Shown: in pieces, positions 13,101 through 25,960 of the stretch
How positions within the stretch are numbered: position 1 is the first letter of the stretch
How the letters are laid out: each line of letters begins with the position of its first letter
Origin: Ophelia neglecta
Taxonomy: Eukaryota
Assembly: GCA_965285935.1 (NCBI GenBank)
Contig: OZ260665.1
Location: 40,672,001-40,736,000, forward strand
Length of the DNA: 64,000 bases
Direction of reading: 5' to 3'
Position numbers and translations under genes: made by a program
The notes under the pieces: model-generated
The model's input: the letters and a program-made list of their open reading frames with translations, nothing else
Databases searched by the model: none
Told to the model about the DNA's origin: nothing

Positions 13101-14639
13101 TAAATTATCTACTTTTAAAGAGATAAAAAGTAACTATATTGGGGAAAGTCAGAGGGAACTTTCACAACTATTTAAGTTAGATGGACGAATTCAAATGTTC
13201 GACTAAATAGACTTGCAACACACTTCCTCAAAGTAAGACACTCGATTAATGAAATAATCACAACTGCATTGGAATTACCTCCTTTAAAACAAAGAAGGCA
13301 CTTTCATCGCCTGAAAGAATGTATCATCTTTTTACATGAGATCGATGGTATTGTACGAAGAGAACATTGAGAAAAATCATATTTCCCTGTGGAAGCATTG
13401 CAGTGAGAACAACAATAAAGCTGGCCAGGTTATGAACATGGTGCCTTTACATTAGAACACAGCATACCATTTTGATATACATTCCTGTTAGCCTTTTCTA
13501 TTAGAACACTCGGACTTTTCGTCTGCATGTTTATCAGTTCATTATGAAGCCAAAGAAGAGAAGGACGCTGATGCCATATTTCAATGGTTTCTGCCTCGTG
13601 ATTTGTTCCAGATAATTATCGAGATGTCATGACCTATAAAAGTTTATTCAAATTCATTGGCTTTCATTTCAGCTAAGTTTGTCGCATAACATTCGGGCAA
13701 GAGTATCACTGTCCCATTTATTGTTACGTTTTATCTTTATAAAAGTCAGGTATAAAGCAAGTGGAATGAAGCAGCAGCCACAACATTTTTGTTATATGGC
13801 GGACAACCTATTACTGCAGGTGTGGCACAATTACAGAGATTCGTACTGCGTAGTAACACAGCAAAGGAGCGAGGCTACCGTAATAACAGCACGAATCAGA
13901 ATTGATGAGATAGCTGCAGGCTCTAAACTGTGCACAATGGGTCCCTTGGGTTAACCTCGGCAGGAGATCATTACTAATAGACAAAGTCAACATTAGTCTT
14001 CAAAGAAAGTAGTATGCTCTTAATGCATACATTATATGATGGCACCAATAAAACTTTAAACTTCTGCTCAGGCTTATTAAATCCGACCTTTAATACTTTG
14101 TGTTTATGACATTTATCAAGCCATATAGTTTCATGATCAGTGTCTACTTGGGACATGTTTGCTTAGCATGGATTAGTTGAAACAAATCCTTAAATAATCA
14201 TATTCAGGCAACTAGTTGAGACAGCAATGTTTTAATGATGGTCATATGGAAAGTCTATCACAAACACACAAAAATACAGAACCAAAGTTCGCAGCAGATT
14301 ACTGGATAACAAACAGCGGTAAATGGAACTAACATGGTCGTCTGCAGAGCGTTCGTGCCATTGGCAGTACGCATAGGCACGCCTACATGGCTTTATCTTT
14401 TTGTTAAGTTATTGGATATTTTGTACATGGGGTGAGACACGTTTTTTTTATAAGGTCACTTTTAGTGGGATAGCTCAGCGGCGGTTTTTTCCGTAACAAG
14501 TCGGATAAAAGCACAAACTAACGTGTTCTGGTTCTTATGGAGCTATCGATGATTTAAAGTTAGGATTTCTAGTTGCCGTTGTTTAAACGCCCAGGCAATA
14601 CAAGAATGCAATAGCTTTGAGCGACCTTTTCTGCTCATT

Positions 14640-14758
14640 ATGTTTGTTGTTTTTTTGGGGGGGTTTTACTTGGCTTACAACACCTATCGCCACGGTGCCT
14701 ACTTTGACAGTGGGCTCAATGCCGTGCTGCCTCACTAGAGTACCTGCCGTAGACACGG
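14640..14758 (-). mobile_element. Meta-domain SINE remnant (3' part with AAAC-type tail)
   Basis: Minus strand reads GTGTCTACGGCAGGTACTCTAGTGAGGCAGCAC...ATTGAGCCCACTG...GTAGGCACCGT...AAAACAACAAACA. It shares these blocks with 22684-22820 and resembles recalled Meta-SINE consensus. Confidence 0.65.
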
Positions 14759-14999
14759 ATTTGGTTGCGTTTGGATCGGGCTGTCTTAAAGATCGTCGCA
14801 AGGATTAAAAAGTGTAAATTTTACAATAAATTTGTTACACGGATAAGTACATGTTCACATAGCACTGATACTTAAGATTACATAGATTTGTTTGGGATTT
14901 ACATCCGCCTTGGACCTGTTGGCAGAGCGACTTTGAGGCAGATACCTTAATGGCTCTGGTGGTCAAATGACCATGGTGGAGAGTCGAAATGTGTTTTAT

Positions 15000-15310
15000 A
15001 AGAATCCAAATGAATCTTGTTAAGAGTCAAACTGATTCTATGATGAGTCATTCAACTCTCTTTAAAGAATCATTTGACTCGCTGAGAGACTCCCAGAGTA
15101 TTCATATTAGTCCAAATAACTCTGGTAAAGAGTCAAAATGGCTCTGGTAAAGAGTCAGTTGATTCGGTTTAGGAAGTCACCTACACCAAAATGACTGGTG
15201 TCTGCCTAGAGTCACTGGCTATTGACTCTAGTGTGCGATTCACTTGAATCTGAGGTGGGTCTATTTGAACATCGGTGCTGGACTTTGCCTCCAGAGTCAC
15301 CTGGACTCTG
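15000..15310. repeat. Degenerate array of GAGTCA/TGACTC palindromic units (DNA-transposon subterminal-type repeats)
   Basis: Repeated AGAGTCA-n-GACTC/GATTC units, including a direct duplication of CTCTGGTAAAGAGTCA at ~15120-15157. Confidence 0.6.
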
Positions 15311-15314
15311 GTTT

Positions 15315-15797
15315 GGCTAGGAGTGCTGATTCACTCCACAGATTAAAATTATCGACAATAGGGCCGGGCGATATAATGTCATTTATGTCTTATCTTTTCC
15401 ACCTTTGTTATATTTCATTAATTATTCCTTTTTCCATATTATTTATTGTTAGTGGATTGGAGATTGGTATTTTAGTGCCTCCAGCTGATGGCTTCAGGCT
15501 AGGAGTGCTGGTTGACTCGACAGATTAAAATTATCGACAATAGGGCCGGGCGATACAATGTCATTTATGTCTTATAGTAGGCAAGCACCATTTACCTCCT
15601 TCGTTTGTGTCGTGTTTATTGAGACTAATCCATCTATAGTTTCACTTTTATAGACAGCTCAGTCAATCAAAAACTCTGCCAGGACATATTTTATCTTTTC
15701 CACCTTTGTTATATTTCATTAATTATTCCTTTTTCCATATTATTTATTGTTAGTGGATTGGAGATTGGCATTTTAGTGCCTCCAGCTGATGGCTTCA
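15315..15797. repeat. Local tandem duplication: 182-bp copy followed by 301-bp copy
   Basis: 15315-15496 and 15497-15797 are nearly identical except for 119 bp (15576-15694) present only in copy 2. Confidence 0.95.
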
Positions 15798-17784
15798 GAT
15801 GAATTTGGACCGAATTAATGAATTATTCCTGTTGAATGAGTTAGTATAATTGACAGGGTATCCATTCATTTTAAAAATCTCAGTTAGTTTTTGCGAAGGT
15901 TTACATTCGTAACAAGTGTCCAAAAAAGGTGCTATTGCGGCAGTTATTAAGGAGGTAGATTACTGATAACATGTTTGATTGTACTTTTATGTATATGCCG
16001 TCATAAGAATCCTAACCCTATATTCATTGAATATATGAGTAAAAAAGTATACTTCTTCTGAAAGAGATAAACTCTCTGATAGGAGGCAGCCTATTTATTG
16101 ACCAGATTAATGTAGTCAATAGAAAACCTGACTTTGTGCTGCTTACAGTGCATTTGAACATATCTTTACTATAGACATTCTTTTAGTTTCCATAAAGTAT
16201 TGGATAAATATGCCACTGAAGCCGATTCCGAAATAAGAACATGCTACAACCTGATATGCAAACTGTCAACTGAAAGCAATCACGTTTCCGGTAAATGACT
16301 TTAATGCCTAATTGTCTGGTTTCCGAAGCAGCCACGTGCATCACATATCCTTTCCAGGAAAGTGTCCTTTAGGGACTAATTATTCGATTTTTTTGCCAAT
16401 TTATTCCTGTTACATATTATGGCCTTTGTAGCGGTTTTTCAAAAAGATGACACAATTATGGTAACAATGGCAACTATGGTACACATTAACGTACCACGCA
16501 ATAGAAATTGCAAAAGTTCTTTCAGTTAAAGATCTTTAAGAGTTTTAATCGTTTTGGGACGATGTTCATATTTTTGTGTATTTGTCCGAAATTTCGTGAT
16601 GTCAAAGTAATCTATCGCCTTAAGTGAATCAGATTAAACTATGACCTAACAATTAAACTGCTTGTTCGCTTCCACCAGTCACAATGTTTTCGTGCCCAAA
16701 TGATATGAACTCACACGTAGTCTAGAAGAGCCCACAAAGGCTTTTACTCTCAATCCTTGTTTGCACAGTGAAATTCCACCTTCCCTAGTTGACGCTCACT
16801 AAATAATGTAGACAACCTTCATGTTTTTACGTTTGATCAACACGCTATATGTTTCTTGTAACTATCCAAACTCTCCTCATACACGAATTGAATACATACA
16901 GCCAATAAATTACTGAGTTGAGCAGGTCAATAGATACATGTACATGCCAAGTAAAACGAACACCGTTTTATTTTATTTTAGCCTACTCACCCTTGATGTT
17001 TCAACAGTGTTTTACGTATATTATAGCAAGGTTATCATATTTAATAGTCCATATTACTATGATAGCAATTAATATGTGTAATATCGTAATATGAGGCAGT
17101 TTGGTTCCTAATCACCCACTCTTCCTGACGCTTAAATAATTTCCAAACCGGTACCTTGCCAAAATACACAGACACACATTTTTCTGTTACTTTCTCATTT
17201 GATTTATGCAACTGCCACGCCGACTCTGAATTCCCATCCCGTTGGATGATGAAGCGATATCACACCCATTCGATGCATGAAAAAGAGGTAACAGTCTGCG
17301 TTTGGGCTCTCCGAGGACATACTTTATTGATACTGCGCAAAGAGTAATTCTTACCCATCCCAATTTTCATCCATATGAATTATACTGGATGATGCAATGA
17401 GACCTCCCCTACCACGCTTCTAATGTTATTATTTTTCACCGTGATCCCCTGATATTTCATTGCCTCGTGATCCAAAGCGTGCAAAAAATACATGATTACA
17501 TAAACTATATACGGGTTTTTTCGGGGAAATATTTAGACAATGGGCTACGTGCCCTTTGAAACCACTCCCTGTTCGGAAATAAGCAAAAACAAGTTATCCC
17601 GGGAATGCTTAACTTAAAACAAATGTGGGCATGTGAAACGGTGTGAATTACTGAAGTATGTAAGTGCTACAAAACGGTTATATATTGGGCAGGTTTGCCC
17701 GGGACGAGTTCAGGTCTGAAGTCCTGCAAGTCAGGAACGTGAACACCTATACTTTTTCGAGTGAGTCACGCAATCCAATACTCC

Positions 17785-18640
17785 ATTTCCCCGACAGCTT
17801 TTTTGTTGTTTTCCGGGTATACACAGTACTTCTTTTGCCTTGTGTATATTTTTGTCTTTAAACTGTCATCCGTGTAGGTATCCCACACTACATCTGCTCT
17901 ATTGAAATCTTTCTAATGCTGCTATTGATGGGGAATAAACTTTTGGTATCTTTATAAATCACCGGCACTGACTCAAAAAATTGCCAGATAGTGGACGATG
18001 ACCACTCTACATATAAGTTTCCGTCATAATCGATACTCGTCTGTGGTTGACTGGGATGCTCATTACATTGCAGTATCTAAGGTTTCAATGCTTGGCAAAC
18101 ACAGCTTACCTAGGTTGAGAGAGAACCTTAAGGTGAAATGCATTGTAATTCGTTGGCAAATGAATCATTTATATCTCCTTCTCGAGTCTGAATGTAGATG
18201 TTTTCAACAAAAGCCGCATAACCTTGATCTTCCTTCCTTGCTTAGAATGTTACCATTGCTTGTGAATAACGGAAGAAAGCTATCAACTTTCTCTTGACTG
18301 GGTCAATAGACTGACTTTTTTATTCTATAATATCTGTAACCGATGTCTTAAACTGTTTGTGCAATTTTTTTTATCAACCAGAGTTTCAAGGGTCCTTACA
18401 GTCGCTACCATTAACTAAGCGTAAAAATGTCAAGGATCAGCCGTTAAGAATACGCGTCCACGAAAGAATTATCGTTCTTTTGAATGATTCAGGATGTTGA
18501 ACAGCTTGTGGAAGTTATCTTGAGCAGCTGGTCCCTGTCCATGGTTTCTAGCCGATTGTTCCAGAAAGGACCTATTCCACAAATGATATTAGTTGTTCGG
18601 CCATTTCATGTCTAACATCAAACCCCTTATTAGGAATTCT
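17785..18640 (-). pseudogene. Decayed Academ-like DNA transposase fragment
   Basis: Minus-strand translation fragments occur in the expected order: NHGQGPAAQDNF, SIDPVKRKLIAFF, IYIQTREGDINDSFANE, LSQPR/GKL, RADVVWDTYTDDSLK. Many stops and frameshifts. Confidence 0.7.
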
Positions 18641-21600
18641 AGTGTGTGTACAAATAAGCTTATAAGCTATTAGTATGTAGATATAAATGTCCGAAAGTCA
18701 ATCTATATCAAATTCTTCACACAAGAATGAAATTGGTTTTTTTTGTGAGTCTGATTGCGCCAGAGGTTTTTTTTTCTGTTTAAGTAAAGGCGTTTTTGGT
18801 GTGTGCAGTTTCAGTTGTTTTTGTGGGTTGCTGCGCAGCAGCGATCGCGTTTCTTTCGGCGAATGTAGGCGGACCGTTGACTCAGGTATTGGAATAGTAT
18901 TATATTGATATGAAAAAAGTCACAGTTTATATCGTGTTATACATTTAAACTTACACATACACAATTGATTAATTTGCTTCAGAAAGTATAGTTAACAGGA
19001 AAAAAGGGCATGTTTCATTTGTTTGTAAGGTACTTGATCAAACAATATCGTAGAAAAGTGTTTATGTAAGTTGGCACTGGTTTCATATCGCTGATACGAA
19101 TGGTCATCCGGCGTATTATTCACACGACCCAAAACACAGATAAGTGGGGTCAGCCCTTCTGAGACTTTGAGCTATAGGGTAAGTTTCCCCTCCGAGACAG
19201 TCCAAGAGGGCCTGAACAAAAAAAGAAATAAATAATTCAAATCTCAAGATAGGATCCCGATAGCTGTCTTGATGATATCTATTGCTTTCATTTCTGTGCA
19301 AATCCTACCATAGAAGCTCAATATGTTATTGAAATATATTTCTAGCAAGAAGGCTACGTTGTAAGATTATGGCAGGGCAATTGAGTGACCTGGTGTGCGC
19401 TTCTGATAAGAATATAAAAGTGGCTCCCGTTAGATTATTATCATTTGTTTATTTCGCATAATTATATCTTAATTATTATTTATTGTGAAATCAAATTTAA
19501 GGCTAAGATCATCGAGATGATAAGTGATATTACACTGACAGTGTTACCACGGTTACGATGACTATAATAAAATGACTAAATAAATATATATTGCTAATGG
19601 GTTCACATCTGTTTATTTACATTAGGAAATAAAACTGTTGGAGGTATTATAGCAGGCAAAATAGCTTTGGGCAACCACAGTTCTTGTCAGGTGTGAGGCT
19701 ATTGGGCACGAGCGCGAAATGCCAAAAGGTCATCTCTGTTTTTTAACCATATCAAATGGTCACATATACTTCCTCTCCGTGTGAGTCTGGCTAATTCCAC
19801 GAAAAAAACTAAGCCAACGCATAAAGAGGTTGACCAAATGTAGTGGCGGGGATTTTTCATGGAAAAGAAGAAAGGTTGAGTACCCAAAACATGTGGGTTT
19901 TCAGCAGACGACTTTCAGGCTCAATGTTATTCCGTATCACACAATGTTATCTTTGTTGTCAATAGATTGCTGTCAATGAATGTGTCAGTCAATTTAATCG
20001 TCTTTATATTAGGATGTTAACTGTTCTCAAATTGGAAGAACTTTATGTCGTACACTTTAGCTTTCCCCGTAGCTTCTAATCGATGATATCCCAGTAGACT
20101 TGAAGTTCTCTTGGAGGGTTTCGGTAGACAATGACAGTTATACAGTGTACAGGCAGTTGTATTATGCCACATTCCTTCATGGTTGGAAATTGAAAAGGAT
20201 TTTTGCCCGCGAACTATTGACATTCTCATGGAACCATGATTGGGATTCCAAAGTCACTTAGCTAGGATTATGTTCCAAACGTTCGATTGCGACGAGAATG
20301 AAAATGGCACTACCCAACTTCGCTTGAGCTTGAACACTGTCATCTTCAAATAATGGACAAGGGCCAGTGGCCATAATGTCCTCGGGCCCCATTATACTAT
20401 CAAAGAAAAAGATGAGGTCCTGCTAAAGTTTAGGACTTGCAACACTTGGAGGCAGACAGCTGTTTTGGTTTTCAGGCGTGAATCAAAGAGAATAAGTAGG
20501 CAGAGGCTGCCCATTGCAACCAGTCCCCAAGAGAATTATCTTAAGGTAGTGTGAAAATAAAGAAGACTCTTTTGTGATTTCATTCCTATTCGAAGCTTTT
20601 TTATATACGTGCCATGGATAACTCCATTCTTGGTAAAATTAAGCCAAACGACTAGTTTGAGATTTGACATAATTTGCGGGTTAATCTCTGTGACTTGTAA
20701 GTAGGTCAAGGTCACTCGCCGTGTAGAATTAATCCAAGCCCCAGTCAAGGTTTATATAATATGAACGTCAGTAGTGACTTACTGTATTTGTTCAACAGTT
20801 ATCGAACTTAAAGTCAAAGTTGCTAAATGACCCGATTCTCATTTCAAAATTAGGCCAGGCTGTGACCTACTGTTTATTGAATGAAATCACTCTAGGGGAT
20901 ACATATGAATGGTAAAGTAAGATAATTGAGTACTCTCGCATATCAGAATCTCAGCAGCAGGTGAAAGTTGAGCGCGCATTGAGTTTGTGGTCATCTTATA
21001 TTTTTTGGCCATAATTTCAGTATTATCAGTTAAGCCTTGTTCTTTTAAGGCATCAACAGTCTCAACATTGTCCCCATCTCTTCTTAAAACATAGAAGCAG
21101 TCTTTCCTAATTAATACTTTTTCTGCGCTTCATAGAGGTCTTCAAGCATATTCCATTAATTTAAGGTTTGGTCTAACTGAATTACAGCTAGGCCTTGTAT
21201 ATGTCTAACAAAAATACAGTGTAATGTTGAAAATTTAAAAGGATTTCAAATTTTCGTCGTCACTACCTCATTCCACCGCTTCTTTCACGTAGGTGGTAAG
21301 TTGTCATTATTTTCTCATTCGTGTTTCTTGGTGATTGTAATCCTTTTGTAACTACCAAGAAAGATTTCACAATTTTACAAGATACTAGAGGAATTCATGT
21401 TTGCCTTAATGGCAATGAAATGTTCTCCAGAGTTTCTCTCTTGAAGATGAGTGTTCTGTAGCTCTTTGATCATGGTTCTCATCTTTCAGCCAAAACCAAA
21501 TGCTGAAGACATATGAAGCCCCGTTTTCCTCTTCAAAGACGATGCATCTTTTATTGCTTAGTGACTGCCTTTCTTAGTTATGTTTTAGCAGTCACGCTTT

Positions 21601-22683
21601 CTCACTTTATCTTAGCCTTTATCAATGATTACGTATTGAATTTCAAATAACCACACTTACGCCAGGAAGTACAACTGATGACACAAAACACAGTGGTGTC
21701 TTAAGCCTAAAAATGAACGTAATATCAGACTCACCAATTAGCAAGATGATATTAAGGTGTGGATATAATAGGGCGTTGACCGATTTACCAGAGTGAGTTA
21801 CTTGTGTCGTCAGCAAATTATAACGTTTATTCATCATTAAAGGCATATTAGACTTATATAATTATATGACATCACGAAATTTAAGGACGACAATATAAGA
21901 AAATGTGTCAAGCTCATCCGCTATTTTGACATTTTATTAGCCTACGTATTATAATTGAATGCATTCAAGAAAATACAAGTCACTAAACATCACTAGGCCT
22001 ACTATTTAACGGCGACCATTTCGTTTTACTCTTATGATCGCCGCCCTGGCTCCTATTTTAAATTGACACGTGTGTCCTAAATAACCCATACACTAAATTG
22101 ATGTTTACATCTCAGTGGTATGAACGATACCATCCTACACTATCAAATAATGCAGAGCTCTGTCTGTTTTACCAACTGCAGCGTTTTTATTATTATTCGC
22201 GTTTAGGCGCCATTATTTTAGAGCGATTAGAGAACAATCATTTGCCAAATACATCAATTAAACCCGGGGTATGTGATTACATTATTGGCAGCCATTTACG
22301 TGAGTAATTTATATAATCGCCACATTATAATAACCCTTTCCTCCCGTGGTATTATTATTAAAATTTGGGTGTGATCACGTAGCGAAGGTCAACGATAGGC
22401 ACTAAATGCCCCATATAAGTTAAACTGCTGTCAAAATGAAATGCTCCAAGTTCAACTAGTAAGCAAGGAAGTCGTAGGTCGCCATTGGAACAAGTTATGG
22501 AAAAATTCAAATGTTTATTTGAACTTGTGAAAATATTTAAATTGCCAGGCCTTAAGCCCAATTAAAGGAAAGAGGCCAAAGCACACGAATAAATCAACTA
22601 ACAACGACAAGCATGTGACGCCACATACTAGTCCGTACTACATGTGATTCGTACAAGTTCGTAGTTTTCCGTGGAAGTTCAGA

Positions 22684-22820
22684 CAGTGGGTTCCATGCCC
22701 TCTTATAAGAGTGCTGCCCCACTGGAGTACCAGACAGTCACATTATACTGACACCATGTTGACCAGTCCTGATACTAGCCCCGAAAAATTCCGGGCGCCT
22801 ACGGGGGGAGCTATCAGTAT
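22684..22820 (-). mobile_element. Meta-domain SINE remnant
   Basis: Plus strand GTGCTGCCCCACTGGAGTACC...CAGTCACATTATACTGACACC...GACCAGTCCT is the reverse complement of the recalled Meta core GGACTGG..GGTGTCAGTATAATGTGACTG...GGTACTCCAGTG.GGCAGCAC. Confidence 0.75.
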
Positions 22821-23101
22821 ATTAAGAACACAATTAAACGCTGATGTATGATAAGCATAGAAATAGAAAAACTCAGGCTTTTTATTAGCTCATGCACTTT
22901 TTGACTACTCACATGAAGCCATTACAAGGATTCCTTGCAATGGCTTCTTATTAGTTGGTAAGAGACTAAGGGCGACATGTCTATTTGTCACCATTAAATC
23001 TTCAAACTGCATTACTAGTTCTGCTTTCTATACATAATATCAAATCATATCTAAAGACTAATTAGAGTTTGAAAACTTATCAGTCTGCCCATGGCCTGGC
23101 A

Positions 23102-23511
23102 TAGTTATTATAGTGATTATAATCGAAAGTCGGTTGGTTAGCATTACGAACCAAGCGCTTGAATAAAAAATCCACTATCGATTTAGTCGGTTCACAGTCA
23201 TTAATTCCTCGTGTTTATTTATCTGCTTATATCAAGTGTCTTTTCTTCTGTGTGGCTGAATCAACTTCTCGCAGTCGCCATCTTTGTTTACCATGATACT
23301 CGTGTTTCCGGTCTTTTTGCAAACCTTCCGATCCTAACGCCAGCAGAGGGCGCTTTCATCAGTGCTGGCCGGCTGTGACACAAGCCTTTGCGTTGCCGGT
23401 ATGTATTAATAATTACATGACTTGTAATATGTTGAACCGATTATCTCAATCATCGATTGGCTTGTCTGAACCAATCATCGATTATGAAAATCAAACCAAC
23501 TCCCATCACTA
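23102..23511. mobile_element. Non-autonomous hAT-type DNA transposon (MITE, 410 bp)
   Basis: 8-bp TSD GCCTGGCA at 23094-23101 and 23512-23519. Right end is CCCATCACTA (TAGTGATGGG-type TIR); left end is a degenerate TAGTTAT. Subterminal ATCGAT/AACCGA motifs occur in inverted orientation. Confidence 0.8.
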
Positions 23512-25854
23512 GCCTGGCATCTCGCCCATAGCCCCGGCGTCCGGCCACTCCGTCCATGGCCCCGGCGTCAGCCCAGCCCGTCCAGTGTAAAGCGTTGAAT
23601 AGATCTGCCGGACACCCAACAATAGCTTGTCATGACATTTATAATACATAATCGTCAATAACTCTACGCTATGTTCACCGACTTAAGGTCAATGTAAGTT
23701 TAATTAATTAAAGAATTATAATTATTAAATCCAATTAAAATACACAGTCTAAATTGCCTGCCTAGTGTGCAATTTCTTGCACGAACTTTTCTATATACTT
23801 ATGTTGGGGATCGGTAGGTAGCAGTGATTATTGCTGGTTGTTGATGATTTTTGACCGACTGACTGTTTGGTCCGGCCCAATAAGCAAAGGACTGGTTTCG
23901 TCTTCCGGATATCCTTTTGCGGCTACCTGTATTAATCGTAGTGCCTTCTGCACTGTCTGTGTGGCGCTGAAGCCTTCTGGTACCCTGATAGCGGAGTGCC
24001 AGATTGGCACGAGTACGGTTACTCTATATGACAGTACAGCGCATGCAGCGATGTGCCGAATACAGGAAGCCCCTTTTGTGTTGCCAGAAAGACACATATA
24101 CAAATTCAAATGACATGAGCAAAGGTGGTTGTCTTTCTTTTTAATATGTAACATTTTTGATTTTTCGATGATCGCATTGAGAGATTGACCAACAAAATCT
24201 CGTGTGACCCACACGTCAGGAAAGAACAAGTCAAACACATTTCCATTGAACTCGATCTGTCTGGGAAACAGGGTATTTTAAAAGTCGAAAACATGTCCGC
24301 AGCCATTGAAAAAAGTCCAAGTACCATGCGAATCTATATAGGGCTATAATAAGCCTAGAAAATCTACATGCCATTATACTATTTAATTTAAAAACGAATC
24401 TCCTAACAAAAAGAACTCTAGGCATATCGCTACTATAATAAGTGTGGCATATAGAACTTGCCAATCATATGTCTTTAAATTCTTCTTGAGTTGAACTGCA
24501 GTGTACATAGCACAGCATCAGCAAGGACACTACTTTGCTGCACATAAATACTCCGAGTCTGTCCTTGTTGAGACTGTATGATGATTTCATCCTCATATAT
24601 ATATATAGCCAGACATCAGTCTATCCTGTAGATATATAATTTTATGTACGAACGCGATATCATTAAAGCTAGCGGCATAACGGTGCTTGTAACTTTGATG
24701 ATAAATTGACAGACGCTTTGGTGTAATTACTGTCTGGACATCGTGCATCGACATTCAAAACGATGTTACAGTTAGTATAGGCAACCCTGAAGAGGTATCT
24801 TAGTTATGAACTAAAACGGGCCGTTCTACATCGCAGGCAAATTCAGCTCTGTACAAAATCAGTCTTTTTTGTATTTTCTGTATATGTACCCTCTGTCACG
24901 TGTCATTCGGCACTACTCAAGGCTAGGATATTCGTTTGTTCAGCCAATCGTAACTTAATTCTGTACGAGTTACTTTATACACAGATCGTAAAGTATCCAT
25001 CCTGTTATTTAAGCCTTAATTGAAAACGAGTGCGTGTTTTGCCCGTAAAATGCAATAACATAATGATGTGCGATGTTCAATTATGGACCTGTCCCTGCCA
25101 CTTTGATATTCCACTGTATAATATAATGTAATGGTTTTAATGGCTTTGATGTGAGTCGTCAGTATGGGTGTGCCCGGACCACCGAGGGAAATACTGGCAC
25201 TTGTTTGTCTTCCACCACATCGACTGCTCCCTTCAAAGAGATCAACTTAGTATGTCCCTTAGAGGCGAGTCCCAAATGGCCAGTAATGACGAGAAATCAT
25301 TGGCTCTTTGTCACGATGGATTTTAGCCCATGAATGTTAATGGACGAGTCGGATGTGGTAGAGAATTAATACCACGTCCAACTGCGGAAAATTGAGATAT
25401 AAGCCAATATTGTATGGACAACTATCAAATATTGGCACACACAAATTGCAATAAGAAATTGTTTGTGTTGTTCGCAAAGACGAATATAGATATATCTTTA
25501 AGTAACCAAACGATCGGTTACCAGCGGTTACCAATTCTTGGCTAATGACTGCGTCTCCAAGAGACCACCCCTTCCCTTAAAAGCCTACCCAGCCTCTAGG
25601 AAAGACGCCTTTTGAAATCAGCTCCATTTTGCCACACTTGTATAGGCTTGAATCTCCACTGTTAAGCAACGGAGTCAGGCTTTCCGCGTGAAGGAGTGAA
25701 TTTTAATGGGAAACCTAACTTCTCTCGAGCCAAACCTAACTACTTTCGCTGAAAACATAACTCAAAGTCGCGGATAACCTGTGAATACATTCACGGAAAA
25801 GCGGAATCCTTTTTTCACCAAAAAACTGACGCTCAATAGGTGGATAGAGGCAAG

Positions 25855-25960
25855 TTGTTGCTGTCTCAGAAGCGCAGAAGTGTTGTAAGACGTGGATTTC
25901 TCCCGCCCGGGGATGGCCCTTCCCCGACCCCTCCCTCATGTGGCGACGAAGGCGATAAGT
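25855..25960 (-). pseudogene. Possible BED zinc-finger remnant of a hAT transposase
   Basis: Minus-strand frame AIPGREKSTSYNTSALLRQ resembles BED ISRGGK..SYNTSNL.RH. Short and decayed. Confidence 0.35.

Noticed and set aside
13800-14160. Possible CR1 endonuclease remnant on the minus strand (ETIWLD...)
   Set aside because: Catalytic GDFN and SDH motifs are not recoverable; too decayed to call.
14583-14801. THAP-like ORF (PTVKVG)
   Set aside because: Better explained as a Meta-SINE remnant; lacks the CxxHF motif.
23828-24238. 136-aa and 91-aa overlapping ORFs
   Set aside because: No recognisable domain and no convincing splice-site pair.
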